Shown: positions 28,557-44,745, counted from the first letter of the stretch. The stretch: DNA of 64,000 nt from Camelus ferus (GCF_009834535.1 NC_045697.1:96226001-96290000); one strand, 5' to 3'. Notes: a model not told the origin generated them from the letters alone. Made by a program: numbers and translations.

Positions 28557-29110
28557 ATGTTAGTCAGGGTTCAGTACAGGAAATAGAAACCTAGATTGAT
28601 TTTAAGCAGAGAGTAAATTAATTTTTACCAACCATTGCAGGAGCTAGTGCAACTGCGCCTGAGCTGAGCATTCATAAGTTACTACCAATATGTAGCAGAA
28701 TTCACTCAATGAAGAATCAGGGGCTGCCAATGGAATACAGATATCACATAACACCTTAGTTGTACTCAGGAGGCTAGTCAGGAAAATGCCACCATTGTAA
28801 CTGCCTAGAACCAAGATGTCAGAGCTGCTGTACCTACTTGTCCCTCAAATGGAAAAATCAGAAGCCAGGCACTGAATGTCAGCTTCAGGAAAACACACAC
28901 GCACGCGCGCGCGCGCACACACACACACACACACATGACCAAAGCAGTGACTTCACAGCTTACTCTGGTGTGTGCAGTTTTTTGAACCTGAGCTTTATCC
29001 ATAGCACTAGCTGTAAGGGAGTCTTGGGACTGTTGAGCTTTTAGGTCTTTCCATTGTAGAAAGGCTCATAAAAAAAAAAGATTTGTGATGAACGCCAAGT
29101 GCCTAATTAC
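28557..29110. mobile_element. ancient LTR remnant (LTR78/79-like; family uncertain)
   Basis: Begins tgttagtcagggttcagtacaggaaatagaaacc and contains cactagctgtaagggagtcttggga. Confidence 0.45.
28893..28937. repeat. (CA)n(CG)6(CA)n alternating purine-pyrimidine tract
   Basis: acacacacgcacgcgcgcgcgcgcacacacacacacacacacatg. Confidence 0.95.
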
Positions 29111-31009
29111 CCTGTCCTAGACAATATATAAGATGAAGATTACTCATGATTTGGCAGAACATAAAGAGTAATGACTCACTTAAGAAATGTGAGAGAAGAT
29201 CCCTTAGAAACATGGAATTCCTGAAATAAAAGTTAATGTGAAATTTAAGGGAAGGAAAAATAAATTTACACAGCATACTAATTCTTAATATTTTAATTTC
29301 ATGACAACATTTATAAAACAATGTTTCCATAATCTAGGTGACCATGGAAATTGCAAAAGAGTCCTAGGTATGGGATCAAGATAGGATTTCAGTTCTCAGG
29401 GAGATGGCATTGCAACATGAATTTTAAAAGCTAATGTTTTTGTTTATGCTAAAATTGAGGAGCAACTATGCAGATCCTTGAAGGAATCAAAAGGAAAAAA
29501 TCCAACCCCTCCTTGTAAGGGGGCCTGTTATAAGGGAAGGTAAAACTATTTTAGCTACCTATGATCCCAGTGGCTTTCAGTAGGCAGTTAATGTTTGAGA
29601 TCCATCCTTTGAGTCCCAGTCCTTTGCAGATTTTGAATTAGTGGGCATTCAGTAAATGAATAAATGAATAGCATTTAAAATGATTGATTGAATCAACAAG
29701 AAAAGGCTAAATTATATTCACTCTACTATAAAATGAGTCAGAAAAGTGTGTCATAAGTTATTGAAGGATTTCTAACAGAACACTTATAATGAAATTTTCA
29801 GTTAGTAACTGGGAGAATTTCAGTCATTTGGATAATTCATGTTTGTGAAATAGCTTATTCACCAATGATGCCAGGTAAATGAAGCAGAATTATTATATTA
29901 ATTTCAGATAAATATTCTCAACTTAATAAATGAAAGTTTATAGTTGTTTTATTTCTTCTGTTTCAGCATCAAAATTTACATTTTGTTCACACTGTTTCTT
30001 TTATTAAAATGGAAGCTAAAATCAGCTAACAATATGGAAATTGTCACCTTAAGTTATTTAAGATTAAATAAGTAAAATAAACACTGAACTTCACATTATT
30101 AAAAATATTTTACCCCAGAGATGATAACTTTCAAATGAATATGTATCATTTGTATAGTCCTGAAATGTACTGCACCCTGAACATTATATATTACTGCTAA
30201 GACTTCAGCTGGGAATGGCAATGTCAAGTTTAGTTTTTTCTCACACAATAACCTCTAAATAAATTTTTGAAATCATTAAAATTTGTAAACTACTGTTCTC
30301 TAGAAGTGAAGTATAATTTGCAGTAATTGTAACCTCTGTGTTTTGCAATTTTTAATATATTTCAGCAAAAGAGTAATTGATTTTTATATTGATACACTTT
30401 TGACATTCATAAGGATATAGTCTATGTGAAACTTAGAAACTAGCTTTGGCCATTATATCTAATTTATAACACATCCATTAAACATAACATCCAAATTGAT
30501 CACATTCTTTTTTATCAGTGAGTTGATCGAGTACTTAACTGACATATATTATATATAATTTTAATTATTAAAATATATTATAACAAGGAGAAAAATTAAG
30601 GATGTGTTAGAGAACAAGAAACATAAGCAAGAAACAAAAAACAGACCTGTACTCAATGTGTGCTCGTAGATATGATGGTGAAATAAGGTATCAAATTCAC
30701 ACAAAAAAAAGGTAGATCTCAAGGTTTATGGCTCTGAAGTTTAATGTATTTAACATCATATTTATGATTAGATATTATTGGAAATCTCAGTAAGCATTAA
30801 ATTTATTTGAAATAAATATATGGATATAATTATTTAACTGAGAAGACGTGATTTTCACATTCCTCGTAGCTTAATTTTAAAGATGATTTTCTTGTTGCCA
30901 AATATACAATGAATGAGAAATGCTTGATAATAGACTAGCTGTGTTAGCTTTAACTAGTTTGAAAAAAAAATTACAGTTAGATGAATAGATGTATTGGCTA
31001 ACTTATGTG

Positions 31010-31336
31010 TGGGCATTCCATTTACTAACTTTTCCTTTCTTGATATTACCCTGATTTTCATTTGGCGAAACCCCTCTTCCTTATGGTAGACAGTACTTAT
31101 GAAACTTCAGTGAGTATTACATTACTCTACCCTATCTCTCCCACTGAGGAGCTCCAGTTCTATCAGAGGCTCTCAAAGTTGGAATTTGCTAAGCTCTTGC
31201 TATTTAGATGAGTGGTCCTCTATTAAAGTCTGTTGTTTTCTTTAGATACATCCCATATATTTCCAGTGAATCTCTTTTGGCTCAGTTGGACAAAGCAGTT
31301 TCTGTGGCTTGAAATCAGATTAAATTAACTTACACA
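31010..31336 (+). mobile_element. old MLT1-type LTR remnant
   Basis: 3' end gcagtttctgtggcttgaaatcagattaaattaacttacaca resembles MLT1K/L ends. Confidence 0.4.
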
Positions 31337-32004
31337 ATTGAAGATTTAGAAAAATGATTTGAGGGCCAAGAGTGTACGTAAATTTAACATGGTCATTCAT
31401 TTCTGTAGTTTATTGTTGACAGGTGTACTTGGAAGTTAAGAAAGGACTGTGATCTGTTTTCTGTATTTATCACTATTATCCTAACACAACAGTGTAAATA
31501 CTGATTGTGTTCTGTATTGATTAGTATTACCCTACCACAATTTTTAAGTAGGGATAAATTATTCATGCTATTATATTTTAAAGGATTTCAAGATAATTCT
31601 GACATATTACTTTTGTGAATATTGCAGATATAAAAATGCATTTCAGAGAGATGCAAATAATCAATTAAATTTCTGCTGTGAAGAGTTATTACTGACATTG
31701 TTCTCAAACTGTATAAACAAATGTTGGTAATAAGCATATTTAACTGACCTTCTTAAATATGCTTTTGCATATTTTTGAATATTACACTTATTATTCTTAT
31801 CCTTTAATTGCACAACATTTAAAAAGTGAATTATTTCGAGAAGGGATAAAATCTCATTCAAAGAAGTACAATGAATCTTACTTTGCCCTTTTAGTAACTT
31901 TCATATTTATTTCTTTACTACTCTTTTTTCATTGGACTTTCTACTTTGAGTTTATACTGCTATCAGCATAATACAGTCTGTAAAAGCTTTCATATCTTTT
32001 TCTA

Positions 32005-32190
32005 CCACATACTGGTCATGTGATTTTTGGCAAGTTACTTAACTTCACTAAGCCTCAGTTGCCTTATGTATGAAATAAAAACACTTATGGTACCTGTTTC
32101 TAATTTTTGATGACAAAAATTAGACAATTTACCTAAAGTGTTTATCCCAGTGACTGACACAAATTAAGAATTCAGGAAGCCTTAGTTATT
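32005..32190 (+). mobile_element. MIR SINE
   Basis: tgtgatttttggcaagttacttaacttcactaagcctcagttgccttatgtatgaaat..aagtgtttatcccagtgactgacaca. Confidence 0.8.
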
Positions 32191-35031
32191 CCTCCTTTGT
32201 GCATTTTTTGGTTGATGATAACTAATGTGATAAGTGATTTTTTAATGAATGAAAACAGATATCTGGGAGTGGATTGGAATAATTCTCTGGTTATCTGGGG
32301 TAAAGTAAAATGTATTTTGAGTGCCCTAAATTTTTAAATCTCCCTGTAAGATAATTGAAAAGATAGTAAAGATTATGCATTATATTGGAAAAACTGCTTT
32401 AGGAAAAAAAATCCTGACCATATGTGTCACTTCTTTACAGCAAATTTTACCTGAATGACATTCAGGAGAAATGAAAGCTAGATCTAATTTAATGGCATTA
32501 TTTCAATAGCATATATATTCATGATGGTACACACCTAATCTCTTTACCGATTCCTTTCTTTCCAATTAGGGTTTCATTTGCTTTGAAATAAATTAACTAC
32601 TTTAAAGATAAAATTTAGGAATATAATAGCATCTTCCAGTATAAGGGCACTATAGAATTAAAAATATCTAATTCTTATCCCTAGGTGCTAAATGTTTACA
32701 AAACCCACACATAGGAAATATTGAGATTGGTTATATTTATACTTTTAAACACAATTTTATTAATTCTTTTAACAGGTATGAAATGGTAAGAAAAGTAAAA
32801 AATCTTACATTTTACATAGTTCCTATTGTCATCTTTGAATAAAAACAAGCAAACAAACAAAATTAAATTCTATAGCTCCCAAAAGATCCATGAATTAGAG
32901 AAGTATATTTTTCATCCTATGTTTCTTTTTTGGTTACCATTGTCATGCAGTAACCTAACAGCTCAATTTGGAGAAAAGGAAACATACACGGCCCTCAGTT
33001 GCTTGCTGCCAAATTAGTTCATACAGATGTTCGTAGTTTATTTTTTATCATTTCAACTTAGAGTTGATCACACACAATTTTATCCACATCTTTAGATTCT
33101 TCAAAAACTGAACTAGATTCAAGATACAAAGTGTTTATGACTATATAGTTTTGTGTATGTGTATTTGTTTTCTCACAGTACTTCTCTTGGAAAATGTAGA
33201 CTTTCCTATTTTCACTTCATCTTTAAATTATACAAAGTACATGCGTGGCTGACCTGGAAGCAAATGTCTTTTTGAGTTATAATTGCAAAATAAAAGTGGA
33301 ATTAGTATTTGGGTTCATAGGAAATGGTGAGTGCACTTTAAGAGTTAGTCATTCATTTAAACATATCAATTTTGTTATCTATAAAAAGAAATGCTAATGC
33401 ATCCAGTGTACAAAAAGCTGTACATAATAAAAAGCTAACAACCTTCAGGGTATACATTCACCATAAAACTAATTTCACACCTAGTCTATTATGTAATGTG
33501 GTATGAAAATAGCTCTTTGCTTCAAGATATCATTATACTAAGTGCATGTACAAATTTGGTTCCCTTCTTTGAAGTAAAGATTACATACATAGTAATCATC
33601 AAACTCCTAGACTTGATCTATAAATTCATTCTTATTTTATACATTTAGGAAATCTGTGTTTCCATAATAACTCAATCACAAGTGAGCAAATAGAGGTAGA
33701 ACGATAAAAACGTTTATAATCTATAATATGTGGCAGATTCGCTATACCAATATTCTATCCGAAATACTTACTTCTACCAATTTCTGGCCGGAATGCTTTA
33801 CGGGGATATTTGTAGTAGAAATCCTGTGTTATACTGACCATACTCACTGTGACACTGAATGATACTCAAGTAACTTAAAACATCGTTTTACAAAGTGTAT
33901 TTTTTTAGAAAAGAAAAAAGTTAACTTATACAGCAGAAGCTTCAATGTTATACCTAAGATGCTTAGTTTTACATATCATAATTCATCATGAGAATTTTAT
34001 TCACTAACGGCTTGCACTGATTTTTGTCTTTTAACAGACACCTTAAAGAAGAAAACATGTTTTGACCAAAAGATCATTATTTTCCTCTTTCTTTCATAAT
34101 CTTTCCATTTGGATTGGACTTAATTAGTAATTAAATTAAGTTGATGTGTGGTGTTTCCAACACAATTAGTTAACAAGTGTTTGCTTGTTTATCATATCCA
34201 TAGTTTACAGATAGTAGGGAAAAATAGGAAAAATATTAGACGATGTTCTGTGAAATGGTATTGATGGCTAAATATACTTCAATATGTGATGAATTTCGGT
34301 ACATGATATTTTTATACTATACATGTGCTAAGATTTCTTAATAGTTAGATTTACAGCCAAAATCTGTGACAGAATAGTTAATGTTAAGTAACGTGTAATA
34401 GTTTTTTAATCTACCACTAAGATATTATTTAAATTATTTTTATTGATTGATAACTGAATTTGGAAAATGAATTTTATGGTAGGTGATAGCAAGATCATAA
34501 TATTATAAAAATATTTCTGACCTTAATGATTTTATATTATAATTGTATAAAATATTTCATCGCATTTTAATACAGTCATATAAATTGGTGAAAAATACTC
34601 AGATATTTGTAGTCTCCTTTTAAAGTTATTCAAATAAGTAATTAAATTAAATCATAATGTATTTCTGTGACACTCTGAATCTAAAATTTTCCAGTTTATA
34701 TTTCTAATTTGTTTTAAATTCAGCAAAATCACTTAATTTGACAATATTTAACGTATATATTAAATAGGAAGAAGTAAGCACATTTATTTAAAAGAAAACA
34801 TATTGATAATATCAAACAACCTATATGAGACAGCTAATTATTTCTTCAGTAGAGTAAGGTAAAATAATATTGGGTTAGGTAATTCTGGCAACCACCCACT
34901 ATGGCAGAGAAAAGCTGGAAAAATATATATATATATATATATTTACATGTACGTAATATCAAAGACCCAATGAAACAATGGGAAAAATGTAAGACAGAGA
35001 TTCTGGAGATTGAAAAATGATAGTTTAGCCA

Positions 35032-36318
<1,287 letters not shown>

Positions 36319-36432
36319 TGTAGCCAAGTATTTTGGAACATCTTTTTCCCTAAATGGGTCTGTCAGTTCTCAAAGAAATGTCTGTTAGGATAATAATGTG
36401 AAAAGTGCTTTTGAGAGACTCAGACCCAAAAT

Positions 36433-36437
<5 letters not shown>

Positions 36438-36478
<41 letters not shown>
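36438..36478. repeat. (CA)n microsatellite
   Basis: Seen directly in the sequence. Confidence 0.97.
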
Positions 36479-36480
<2 letters not shown>

Positions 36481-36699
36481 TTCAGGTAGAATGTGTCAAA
36501 GAAAGTAGAACTAATTTAATTTCTCTTAATTTACATTTGGACCCTGAGGGTTTACACTTAGAGATCAACTGTTGCAGGAAGTAGACAGCCCTTGAGGGGA
36601 AATTAAGTTTACCTTTTTTCTGGAATTCAAATAAAGATCCCAGGGAACAAATGTAAATCCTTTCTTAAGAAAAATTATACTATCCTATTCCTCTTCTTA

Positions 36700-39470
36700 T
36701 TTCTATACTTTCTTGTATACAGTTTTAGACACTCAATCAAATAGAACTAGGCAAATGCACCATGGTCCAAATCAGGAGTTAAAAGAGGCAATAGAAACAA
36801 ATCTACAGGGGCGAAATGGACTCTTCAGGCCCAGACTTCAAAAGAAGACCCACCATAAAGTAACAGAAATGTCTTAACAAGGCACATCAGAATGAAACTG
36901 TTGAAAAGTAAAAACATGGAGAAAATCTCATGAATAATCAGGAATTAAAACTAATTACTTTTATAGGGACAATAATTAGACTTCCAGCTGCCACACAAAT
37001 AATAGTAATAGAAAAAAAAATTAAAGTTATAATATAAAGGGATGATGCATTCAAAATCTAAAGAAATTACACTGCCAACTTTTAAATATAAACTCAGCAC
37101 AAAATATTTTATGATAATGTAAGTGAAAAAAGTCAGTTTTAGGGAAAGAGAAGTTTAGAGAATTTGCACCAACAGGCACAGAAAAAAGAAATATTGAATG
37201 ATGTAACTTAAGAAAAAGAATATTCTCCAGATGGTAGCACAGAGAAGCAGAAAGAAATGAAGAGTTATAAGAGGTAAATATACAATCTAATCTAAGGGAA
37301 TGTTAACTGGATGAAATAAGAAACACATATGTTAGAATTAAAATCACCAAAATAATTGCATGTAATTTAAAAACTCTAGTAAATGGAGTTTAAAAAAATC
37401 TATTAAAATTGTGTTTTTTAGGGGAACAATAAAAGAACAAAGTAAGATTATAATTTACTTAGCCAAGGAAGCATGGTGCATTCTTTATACTAGCATTAAA
37501 AAAAAATTGAACACATATACACAACACTAAACTGCCAAGCTAATATGGGAGTAATATGGAATAATAACATATATATTATTCCAAAAGAGAGAGGAAAATA
37601 AATATTAAAAAGATAAGACAAATAAGTCATCTCTACTAAGTTGGTAGAATTACACTAATGTAAATCCAAAATTATGTTCAATGCTATTTCACTGACTTAT
37701 GCTAAAATTTAAAGAAAAATAATTGCCAGATGGAGTAAAAACTATATGGTATTTATAAGAAATAGCTATAAAATGTACAGACATAGAAAGTTTGAAAGTA
37801 GAATGAAGGAACAAATAGACCACATGTGGTAGACAACCTCTGAAATAGCCCCCAGTGGTTCTCACTTCCTAGTATTCACAGAATTGTGCAGTGCAATACC
37901 ATACTGAATAGAGCTGATCTGTGTTCTCTGTAGAATTCTGACTCAATGTCAGTGTGTCAGAGTCTAGATTATAAAATACGTTGAGGTTTGTACATGGCTT
38001 TCTTTACAGAAAGGCAGCCTTCATGTCATGAGTACACTTAAGCAACCTGTAGAAAGGCAAACTTGAGCAGAAACAGAGGCCTCCAACGAGAGCCAGCACA
38101 GCATTCCAACCATGTTAAAGAATCACTTTTGAAAAATATTCTCCAGCCATAGTCAAACCTGCATATAACTGTTGTCTCAGCTAACCTCTTGCAACCTTTT
38201 GAGTGACACTCAAGTCAGAAATATCCAGCTAAGCTGCTCCCTTAGAGAAATTGCAAGAAATAATAAATTACTATTGTTGTTTTAAGCCACTAAGTTTTGG
38301 AATAAGTTGTTGCGCAGTAACAGATAACTGATAAATCATTTAGACAAAAAATAACGTAATAACTACAACAAAACAACTAGTATAGCTGTGTTAATAACTG
38401 ATCAGAAAGGCTTTAGCCAAAGAGCATTACTAGTGATAAACAGGGACATGGCATAATGATAAGATTATTCACCAAGAATATATGAAAATTCTCAATATTT
38501 ATGCTTTCAGTAATACAGGTTTTAGATAAGGCAAAAAGGGACAGTGAGAAGAAATAAAGCTAGAAATTCATAACTAAAAGACATCTACAAAAATCCTGAT
38601 ATGTTTACAAACAAATGTAGAATGCATACGTTATATGTAATACAAATAATATTTAATATAAATTCTCATGTGCCTGTGAAGAAAACACCCTGAAAATTAG
38701 AATATAGCTTGGACTGGGTGGTAAGGAAAATACTACAAACCAAAACTGTATTAAACAAATTAAGCCATTTAGGAGAGAAATTTATAGCCATGAATATATT
38801 ATAATAGAAGAAAGGCACAATATCAAAAACCTAAGGGTATATGTCTAAAAACTAGAAAAAGGTAGCACCGCACGGAAAGTAGAAGAAAGAATAATAAAGA
38901 TAACAAGAAAAATTAATGAAATAAAAAACAAACATAAAATAGATATAATCATTGAAGACAAAATTGGTTCTCCCTAAAGACTATTGAAATTTAACTCTTT
39001 GGTAATATTAATACAAATTTTAGAAATGAAGATTCAGTAATAATTGTCAGGAAAAAAGAGGGCATTATAATCCTGTAGACAATAAAATGGCAATAAATTA
39101 ATATTATGAAAAGCATACCATCAAAAATGGAACATTAAAATTTCATAGAAAAATTGTTTGAAAAATATAACTTAAAGTATTGAAACAAAATTAAATAAAG
39201 AATCTGTATATTTATTTAATTATTCAAGAAATTTGAAGGCTTCAATAAAACCTTTTCCACAATGAAACTATAGGCATTTATGGCTTCAACAGAGAATTCT
39301 AATAAAAATTTACAAAAAATTTCGAAATTCAAAAATTCTTCCAAAAAACAGGAATAGTGATAATACTATCAGCTCACTTACTTGTCAATGAATTCATGAT
39401 ACCAAAAGCTGAAAAGGACACTGGAAGAAGAAAAATGGCAAGCCAGTGTCATAAAGCTAAAAAATATTTT
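36700..39470 (+). mobile_element. ancient L1M: ORF1 remnant, inter-ORF region and 5' ORF2 (endonuclease onward), interrupted by an MLT1
   Basis: ORF1-like aaggcacatcagaatgaaactgttgaaa..gagaaaatctc. EN-like DNA at 37740-37822 and 38375-38525 (tagctgtgttaataactgatc..gataaacagggacatggcataatgataag..caccaagaa..ctcaatatttatgc). Later motifs ggcttcaacagagaattcta and tgataccaaaagctgaaaaggaca. Confidence 0.75.
37825..38335 (+). mobile_element. MLT1 (F/G-like) MaLR solo LTR
   Basis: Starts tgtggtagacaacctctgaaatagccccc and ends ttgttttaagccactaagttttgg..cagataactgataaa. Confidence 0.85.
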
Positions 39471-39701
39471 AATGAACTGAATTGAAATTATTTTATATAA
39501 AATGGGCAATGAATTTTATTGAACTATTTTATTTCTGCAAATAACTGATACTGTCACATGGCTATACTCCTTTGTTCAATTTATGCATAAAATTAAGTTT
39601 GAAAGTTAAAACACTTTTCATCCCAGTCAAACCATGTCTAGAAAATCACAACTACAGTCCTTCTCAAGATACAGCTATTTCTTTCTTTAGTTATAGCTAC
39701 A

Positions 39702-39985
39702 GTGATGGTAAAATTTTGTGTGTCGATCTGGCTAGGCTATAGTGTTTGATCTAATCATTTGGTCAAACACTAGTCTAGATTTTGCCACAGAGATCTTTTA
39801 TAAATGTGATTAATATTTACAATCCATTGCCTTGAAGTATTCACATTCACTTCATTATGTAAATGAATCTCGCCCAAACAGTTGAAGACATGAAGAATTA
39901 AAAACTTGTTTTCTGGGGAAAAATTTCTGCCTCAAGATTGTACCAGAGAAACCCTACCTCAGTTTACAATCTGCTGTTATCTTCT
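39702..39985 (+). mobile_element. MLT2 (MLT2D-like) ERVL LTR, partial
   Basis: gtgatggtaaaattttgtgtgtcgatctggctaggctatagt..tggtcaaacactagtctagat..tctgcctcaaga. Confidence 0.75.
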
Positions 39986-40087
39986 ATAAATGATATAAAT
40001 CATTATTCCTGCGCATTTCCTTTCTATCTGTTGTCAATCCAGAGCCAGTGCTACATATTTTAATTTTGGGCTCTAAGTTCCAATATC

Positions 40088-40525
40088 TGTGTGAGTCAGT
40101 TATTGCCACAATACTGTTGTTTAGAAAGCCCCCTCAAATCTGTGACTTAGAACAACAAACATTATCCCATGCAAGTTCTGCAGGGTAGGTGACTGTAGTT
40201 CAGCCAATTTAGTGGTTAGATGTATATGCTTCAGTCTGCAGCCTGATTTTTCTTTCTTCAGAGCTGCAGATTGAGTTCACACCTGTTCCACTTTATAGCC
40301 CAGGTTTAAGGGGAAGCAGCTCTGGGGTCTGCTATTCTCATGGCAGATCACCCAAGTTTCAAGAACAAACACTGCTGTGCAAGCATCTTTTAGACTTCTG
40401 CTCAGATTACACCTGGTTGTGTTGTAGAGGACTATTCAAATCACTTTGCCAAGCCGAACATCAGTCAGGCGGAGCAATACATCCTCCCCACAATGTAAGG
40501 CAAAAGAAGTGGGCCAGACATAATC
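40088..40525 (-). mobile_element. old MLT1 LTR
   Basis: Antisense LTR end tgtgtgagtcagttattgccacaatactgttg..ctcaaatctgtgacttagaacaacaaacatt. Confidence 0.65.
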
Positions 40526-41539
40526 CATGTCTTCAGAGAAAATGTTGTTAGAATTCTGCTTTCCATCAGGAGTATGAGGAGCTATTCACTGAGTTTAGTC
40601 TTTCTATAGATTCAAACAAGAACTTTCTTTGTCTAGAGCCACCAACTAAACTGCCCCCAGCAGGTACTGTGCCAGGGAAGTATCTCCCAAGCTCCACCCT
40701 TCCAGCTTGAGACTCTATGTTTCACTCCCTTAGTGCTGCCTGTCAAGTTGTGAAATAGAGACAAAATCCCCAAATCAAAAAGAATTAATTAAATATCCAA
40801 GATAAATATGCCAAAAAACTTAAAAATAGTTTTATATTTTTTAGTTCTTTTTTTAAAATTCAACTTGCATGATCACTTGTTATCAGGGAAATTTTGACCT
40901 AGTATTTAATTTTATAATAGTGTACAATCACATGATATAGATCACTCTTTAGAAACTTTCCTTTTTATTTTACTTGATTTGGTAAGCATAAAATTTTATA
41001 TTTACAGCTGCATATCTCATGCATGTATTTAATGTCAATGTCACAATAAAACTTCAATTAGACTGAAGTTTTAGAACTCATTCACCTTCAGATATGATAT
41101 ATGGAAAGCAAAGAATTTATATTTGAGCAAAATATGATGCTCTGGAAAAAATTTTAAAGGCTCAAGAAAGCATGAACATAATTTTATGAGCATTGTTGTT
41201 GGTAGCCCTGTTTTATATGTTTTGAAAAAATGTATTTTAGTTGTAAATGATTAGTTTATGAGATTTTTGTTCTGATTAGGTTTTTAGGAGTTAATAAAAT
41301 TGGTATTTCAGTGTGTTCCCTGCTAATGTCTTCTGTGGTTGTTATAAGAAAATTCACCTCAGATACTTTACTAAATCAAGTAAGAAGCTATCAGGTATAA
41401 ATATTGTACTGAATTTGTTTTATCATTTAAATTATAACAGACTTTTATAAAGGAGAAAAAGTATATTACATTGATGTGTCCATGTAATTAACATCCTTAA
41501 CTGAGATTTTAATGTTTTTCTGTAATTTCTTTTTCACTA

Positions 41540-41715
41540 GAAGAGAATGTTAATGGGTGTAGAGCTACAGTTTTACAAAGTGGAGAGAATTACAGTGATG
41601 GGTGGTGGTGATAGTTGCACAAAAACATGAATACATTTCACTGTACACTTAAAAGGGTTAAGATGATAAAAAAAAATTTATGTGTATTTTAACACAACTA
41701 AAAAGGAAAGAAAAA
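41540..41715 (+). mobile_element. L1MB-type extreme 3' end with A-rich tail
   Basis: taatgggtgtagagctacagttttac..gatgggtggtggtgatagttgcacaaaaacatgaat..ctgtacacttaaaa. Confidence 0.8.
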
Positions 41716-42089
41716 GCCTACATATAACTATTATATTAGGAATTTTTTAGTTGAAAATTTTAGCTATCTTACTCTAATTGGCTAGAACCCAAGGGGAATT
41801 GATTTGCTTACATAACTATAAAGGTTACCCAACTGAACAGATTCACTCTAACCTTTGACAGATCCAAATGAAGGTTGGCATCAGAAGACTTTCCCTTTTA
41901 ATCTCCCCAACATTCAGCCCTGCTTTCCTTTAAAGTAGCTTTATTTGAAACAAGCCTTCTTCAGCTTGTGACCAAGAGCTCTAGCTTAGAAATGCCAGAA
42001 GAAAATACCTTCTTTCTCCAAATACTTTCAGCAAATGCCTTGGCTATGGCTCTGTTTAGCAAGGTGTTTGTAATGTGTTCACCCATGAA

Positions 42090-42285
42090 CAATTCGCCAG
42101 GCTCAGTTCTAAGTATTTCACATACACTAAAGTGCTCAATACTCACAACAACCCTGTGAATTAAATACTATCATTATCTCCAATTTAACACTTGAAAAAC
42201 TGAGACAGTGGGAGTTTGAGTATCTAATTTAAGGTCACCCGCCAGTAAGAACCGTGACTCATTCCCAGACAGCCTGACAGCCCAC
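42090..42285 (-). mobile_element. MIR SINE
   Basis: aatactcacaacaaccctgtgaa..tcattatctccaattt..aaactgagacag..aaggtcac. Confidence 0.75.
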
Positions 42286-44623
42286 CTTACCCATCAAGCT
42301 GTAAGCAGTTAGTTAAATATAAGAAAAATTTTTTTTACTTCAAACACTAAAAATAAATATATTAACTAAACAAAACAGAGCACCTGGTATGTATGTTGAC
42401 AACAAAAGATAGTGTACTAAATCAGTTAATGAATTGAGTATCTGTAATAATTCTATGCCTTATTTTATTACTAATAGTTACAGTTTTGCTGTAAACAGTT
42501 CTAAAATTTCTTTTTCATATCCTGTATTTCTAGTGGCAGCTCTGCTGTCATTCATGGATTGTAATTGCTTGAATTTAAAATATTTCTAGGGGTCATAGTA
42601 AATTAGAATTAACCCTCACAGTAGAGCCTGTTATTAGGTAGGTTATCTCTGCAGAAACTAGTTCAATCAATTGATGTGTGTGTCTGTATGTGTGTGTTAC
42701 AAAAGTATTAGTAATCATATATAGGTTATTCTGATTTTAGGTCTCACAGACCTTGAGGTACCCTTCAGCATTCATTTTATTTTAAAACAAACACAAAAAC
42801 ACAGCTTAGGAACATGTCTTTGGAAGCCCCACATGCTGAAGTAAACTATGCCATCTGTGTGGAGTAAGCATATTCTCTCAGTTCCAAGAGCATTCCTGCT
42901 TACACTTGTCCGAATATTAATGACATCAAACTGTGACATGTCCCTATCGGGTCTGATTTTATAGCATTTCCTATTTCAACAAATATCAGGACAAGGATAT
43001 GTTTTAATCATCTTTTCATAGTTCATGGCATGTAACATTAAACAGTGCAGTGAAGCATAACTATTTTCATACTCCACTGATACAAAAAAATTCTAAAAAA
43101 TTTTAATAAGCAAGTTACATGACACCTAACAATTAATTAGGCAGAAGGAACATGTCAGATTTCTAGTGGCATTGTGTGAAGACTAAAATTTTTATAAAAA
43201 GAGACATTAAAGAAAAAGCCATTGTCTGTTCTATCCCAGTACTTTGTAAGCTCACACATCAGCTGTACGTATTTTTGAAGTGTTATTTTAAATTTGTTTT
43301 AAGTAACAATTGATTTCATGAAGTTTTCTCAAGTTACCTAATGTACATGTATATGAGCACACGTTTATAAATATAATTATTTCCCCAATACCTCTTTGAT
43401 AAGATTAAATTATAGAAATTGTCTTCCTCTTTTTAATTCTCTTTTATATTAATAGAGATCCTTACAATAATGAAAATACAAAATATAATTATTTTGGTCT
43501 TATGACTACTGTAGGTTTCAAAATTATTACAAATTACCATTCACCAAAATTCCTGTCATGCAAATGATTATTTTTTATAGAAATAATTACCAGAGGGGAA
43601 AATATGCTTGAGGGCTCAAAATACATTTCTCAGTATACGTGGAATTTAAATACTTGAGACCTGTAGGTTCAGTGTAAAAAATGTATTCTAATCTCGTAAT
43701 ACTTTAAATAACTCTTAACATATAGGTAATTGCCTTGTCATGTCACTAATGTCCAAATGCTTGCTATTGAAAATATGACAAATTCCTTACAAATTATACT
43801 TTATGCATTTCTGTTTTCAAAGGTAAGTAATTACTTCATGTAAGATACTTCTTTATCAAAGTAACTAACAGCTGAGAGAAAAAATGTGTTGTACATTGAT
43901 TAAAATATCTGAATTTCTAAAAATATATTTCAGGTCAGCCTGGACACAGAGTAATGTATCATTTTTGTGATATCATCAATTGTAAATAGTTACAAATAAA
44001 GATTAGAAAATTAATTTATCATGACAGATGTTTGAATAAAATTTGATTCCTATAGGTATAAAAGGCAAAATTAAATAATACGTTTTCCTAGAAGAAAAGT
44101 AAATAAAAGCTTATTTTATATTTTTGAATTTTATTTTCAGAGGCTTATTATACTTGAATGAATAACCACAGACAATAGATCTAATTAGAAAATATTTAAG
44201 ACAAAAAAATGAAGCTATTGTGGTGATTACTTCACTCTTCCTCAGTCACTCTTCAATTAAATCTTTAAAGAGTCTTTAAACATTTCCAAGTCTCTTGTGT
44301 TTAAAAAAGAACTTATTGACAAGTCTAAAACAAATTGTCTCTCTCCATTTCCTGTTAAGTCTCCTTAGACCTGACCTTTCTTCAGAGTGAAACTTCTCCA
44401 CAAGTTTACTTCGTATTTACCATTAACTCCTCTTCCACTCCTTCCCCAGCCACTTGAATCTACTTTGCACCCACATAATCTGTCAGATCAGCAAAATTTA
44501 TCAGTGATATTTGCATAATTAAATGAGAAATATTTGTCAATTTCAGCCATCTTTGTCTGCTAAGTAATTTGCAAAGCTATTAGTTTATTCTTTAAATGTG
44601 CTTTGGCTTTTATGATACTATAA

Positions 44624-44745
44624 TGTATTTGTTCTCTATTCTACATAACAAATTACCACAAATTTAGCAGCTTAAAACAATGACTATTTCTTACCTCAGT
44701 TTCTATAGATCAGGATTCTGGGCAGGATTTAGCTGAGTTTTGTAC
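44624..44745 (-). mobile_element. MLT1 LTR 3' fragment (antisense)
   Basis: tgtatttgttctctattctacataacaaattaccacaaatttagcagcttaaaacaa..cagtttctatagatcagga. Confidence 0.75.
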
